DNA of 63,989 nucleotides, counting the filler, from Basidiobolus meristosporus CBS 931.73 (Eukaryota > Fungi > Basidiobolomycota), in assembly GCA_002104905.1 (NCBI GenBank). It is 3 parts of 3 records of this genome, joined end to end, with 100 filler letters (N's around TTAATTAATTAA, not from the genome) between each part and the next. Parts side by side here need not be neighbours in the genome. Positions count along the whole stretch, not along the records: positions 44,669 to 63,989 come from MCFE01001034.1; 2 more parts are not named here. One strand, written 5' to 3'. Shown here in pieces: positions 62,335 through 63,989 of this stretch (positions are counted from its first letter, which is position 1; each line of letters starts with the position of its first letter). Made by a program: the position numbers and the translations under genes. Below the pieces are notes generated by a model. It did no database searches, was not told where the DNA came from, and worked only from the letters and a program-made list of their open reading frames with translations.

Positions 62335-62749
62335 AAAGACCTCCTTGATATCTGCAAAGAACTTTCTGGTATTTGGCCAATATATTTCTTATCCCTGCTG
62401 GATTGTGGTCCCCCTTATAGGTGCACCCTGGCTCTTGTTTATGAGAAATCTGTATTCAATGGTGTAGAAACTTGCTTGTGACCAAGAGAAAGCCAGCATA
62501 CTTTGGTAGAATTTCCTAATAATTAGCTGATAGTTACACCCAACCTTACTTTGCATTACTTAACCGCTTACCCACCCATTGGGGCTCCTTAGATTCTTTA
62601 TGCCATAGGCATAGCTGTCTTTATGTGCACATCTGTCCTCAGTATTTTCCAACTCTTCCAGGCTGACCTTCATGTGTCAACTCAGCAAAGTGACATCACA
62701 GTCCTGTTGCAAAGTAATGCAGAAGGTCAAAAATTCCAAGCATCTAAAC

Positions 62750-63426
62750 ATGACTGCTATGTGTCTTCTAATGCCATCTAGGCATTCTTTGCTGTTTTTA
62801 TTCTTGAGCATTAAATGGGCAACTTGTTTTTAATATCAAGGCAAATGCAGTTGAAGGCACTTTGTCTTCTCTTCCAGATTTATAAGGCTTCCTCTCCCAC
62901 ATTTTTAGGAGGGCAATCTTCTCCCATGACATTACCCAAAGACCTCTTTTGTTTAGCAGCATCTTCATCATTACCTTCCATACCCTATAGCTAAATCCAT
63001 CCAACTTTTCAGCTGAGCAAGAAATTTCATTAATAGCAATAGTACATTACACAAAGTGACAACCTGGGGTTCATAACCTGCTGTAAGAGTCTTGGAGATA
63101 ATCAGAGTGACTGGGAGGACAAGTAGATTATATAGTTTTCACTAAGTGATTTTTGAATGAAAAGTTATTATTTACAGTCTTGCTTAGTCTCAGCATAGTA
63201 AATACGTGTAATAGACTTGGGAAGGTTCCAAAAACATGTGTGCCAAGTTTGTGACTGTTTGAACAGCATTGAGAGTTTTCATGCTCTGAGTGCATGATGT
63301 TTTGGTGAAAATCCTCCCAGTAAATCCCAAGCAGAAAGTTAGTGGGTAGTTTCTAGGATTTTTAGGTAATGATCTATGTAACTAAGTGAGGTGATTACTT
63401 AGATACAATTACAAAGGTTTTCTACA
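62750..63426 (-). mobile_element. 5' end of a copia family-A element (LTR 63079-63426, PBS, gag stub)
   Basis: PBS GGTTATGAACCCC abuts the LTR, followed by gag DGFSYRVWKVMMKMLL. Confidence 0.85.
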
Positions 63427-63989
63427 CCCCCACTCAGCTATATATGAACACTAGCAAGTCCTAATTTAACCTGAGATGTTCAAATTTGTGTCTAGCTAAT
63501 GGTGTTATGATCTACAGATTGAATGTTTTAGTTAGGTTTCTTTTTAATCAAATCAATTAGTTTTATGTTTAGCCTATTGGTATATCAGTATTATCTATCA
63601 GATCAGCATTATTAAGTAAAATCCAATTGGGTGATGATGATGTAACCAAATGATTCTTCAGCCACAACCTACATTAGGAAATATAATGTGTCAGCAATTG
63701 ATTGGGCAAAATGTATATAAGGAGCTACTGGAACCTCTATAATGATCAGTTCAAGCTTCAGTTGATACAACTCTAGCTAAACTCCCTATTCATCTATAAC
63801 TCTTATATCCAAATTTGTAACAACTGTTTGGTAGATATGTCTCCATTTATTTCATCTGTGGGACATTGATCTATGTGAACCAGGTTATTCTCTATAACTC
63901 CATGTACAAAATGATGTCTGATTTTATTTGCTCAGTTCCAGTATGAGCATCTGAATTCCTACCCTAACAAGGAATTTGATCAGTTGTGT

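Overview
Eukaryotic, intron-containing fungal scaffold segment with two N-gaps. Gene content, short GT-AG introns with CTAAC-type branch points and low GC suggest an early-diverging fungus; this is inference and the taxon is not established. The window has four zones. (1) About 1.4-22.5 kb is a graveyard of nested Ty1/copia elements from two LTR families, primed at a half-tRNA-iMet-type PBS, with several solo LTRs carrying clean target-site duplications. (2) About 23-38.5 kb is an island of small secreted-protein genes and pseudogenes: a Kex2-type prepro-peptide whose 70-aa mature part is 33 Asp, 16 Cys and 13 Tyr, a 3-exon Cys-rich protein, and two lineage-specific families spread by a local segmental duplication. 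(3) About 39.7-44.6 kb is a housekeeping core: a U6 snRNA with an unusual 3' UUCG hairpin and an upstream tRNA-like B-box, an alpha-arrestin, COX16, and a chitin deacetylase cut by a gap. (4) About 44.7-64 kb holds decayed CACTA/Tnp2-like two-gene DNA transposons and a PIF/Harbinger-like transposase interrupted by a 734-bp foldback element that shares its termini. Repeats are almost CpG-free while core genes are not. The best candidates for new biology are the Asp/Cys/Tyr peptide, the secreted-protein island and the atypical U6 locus.
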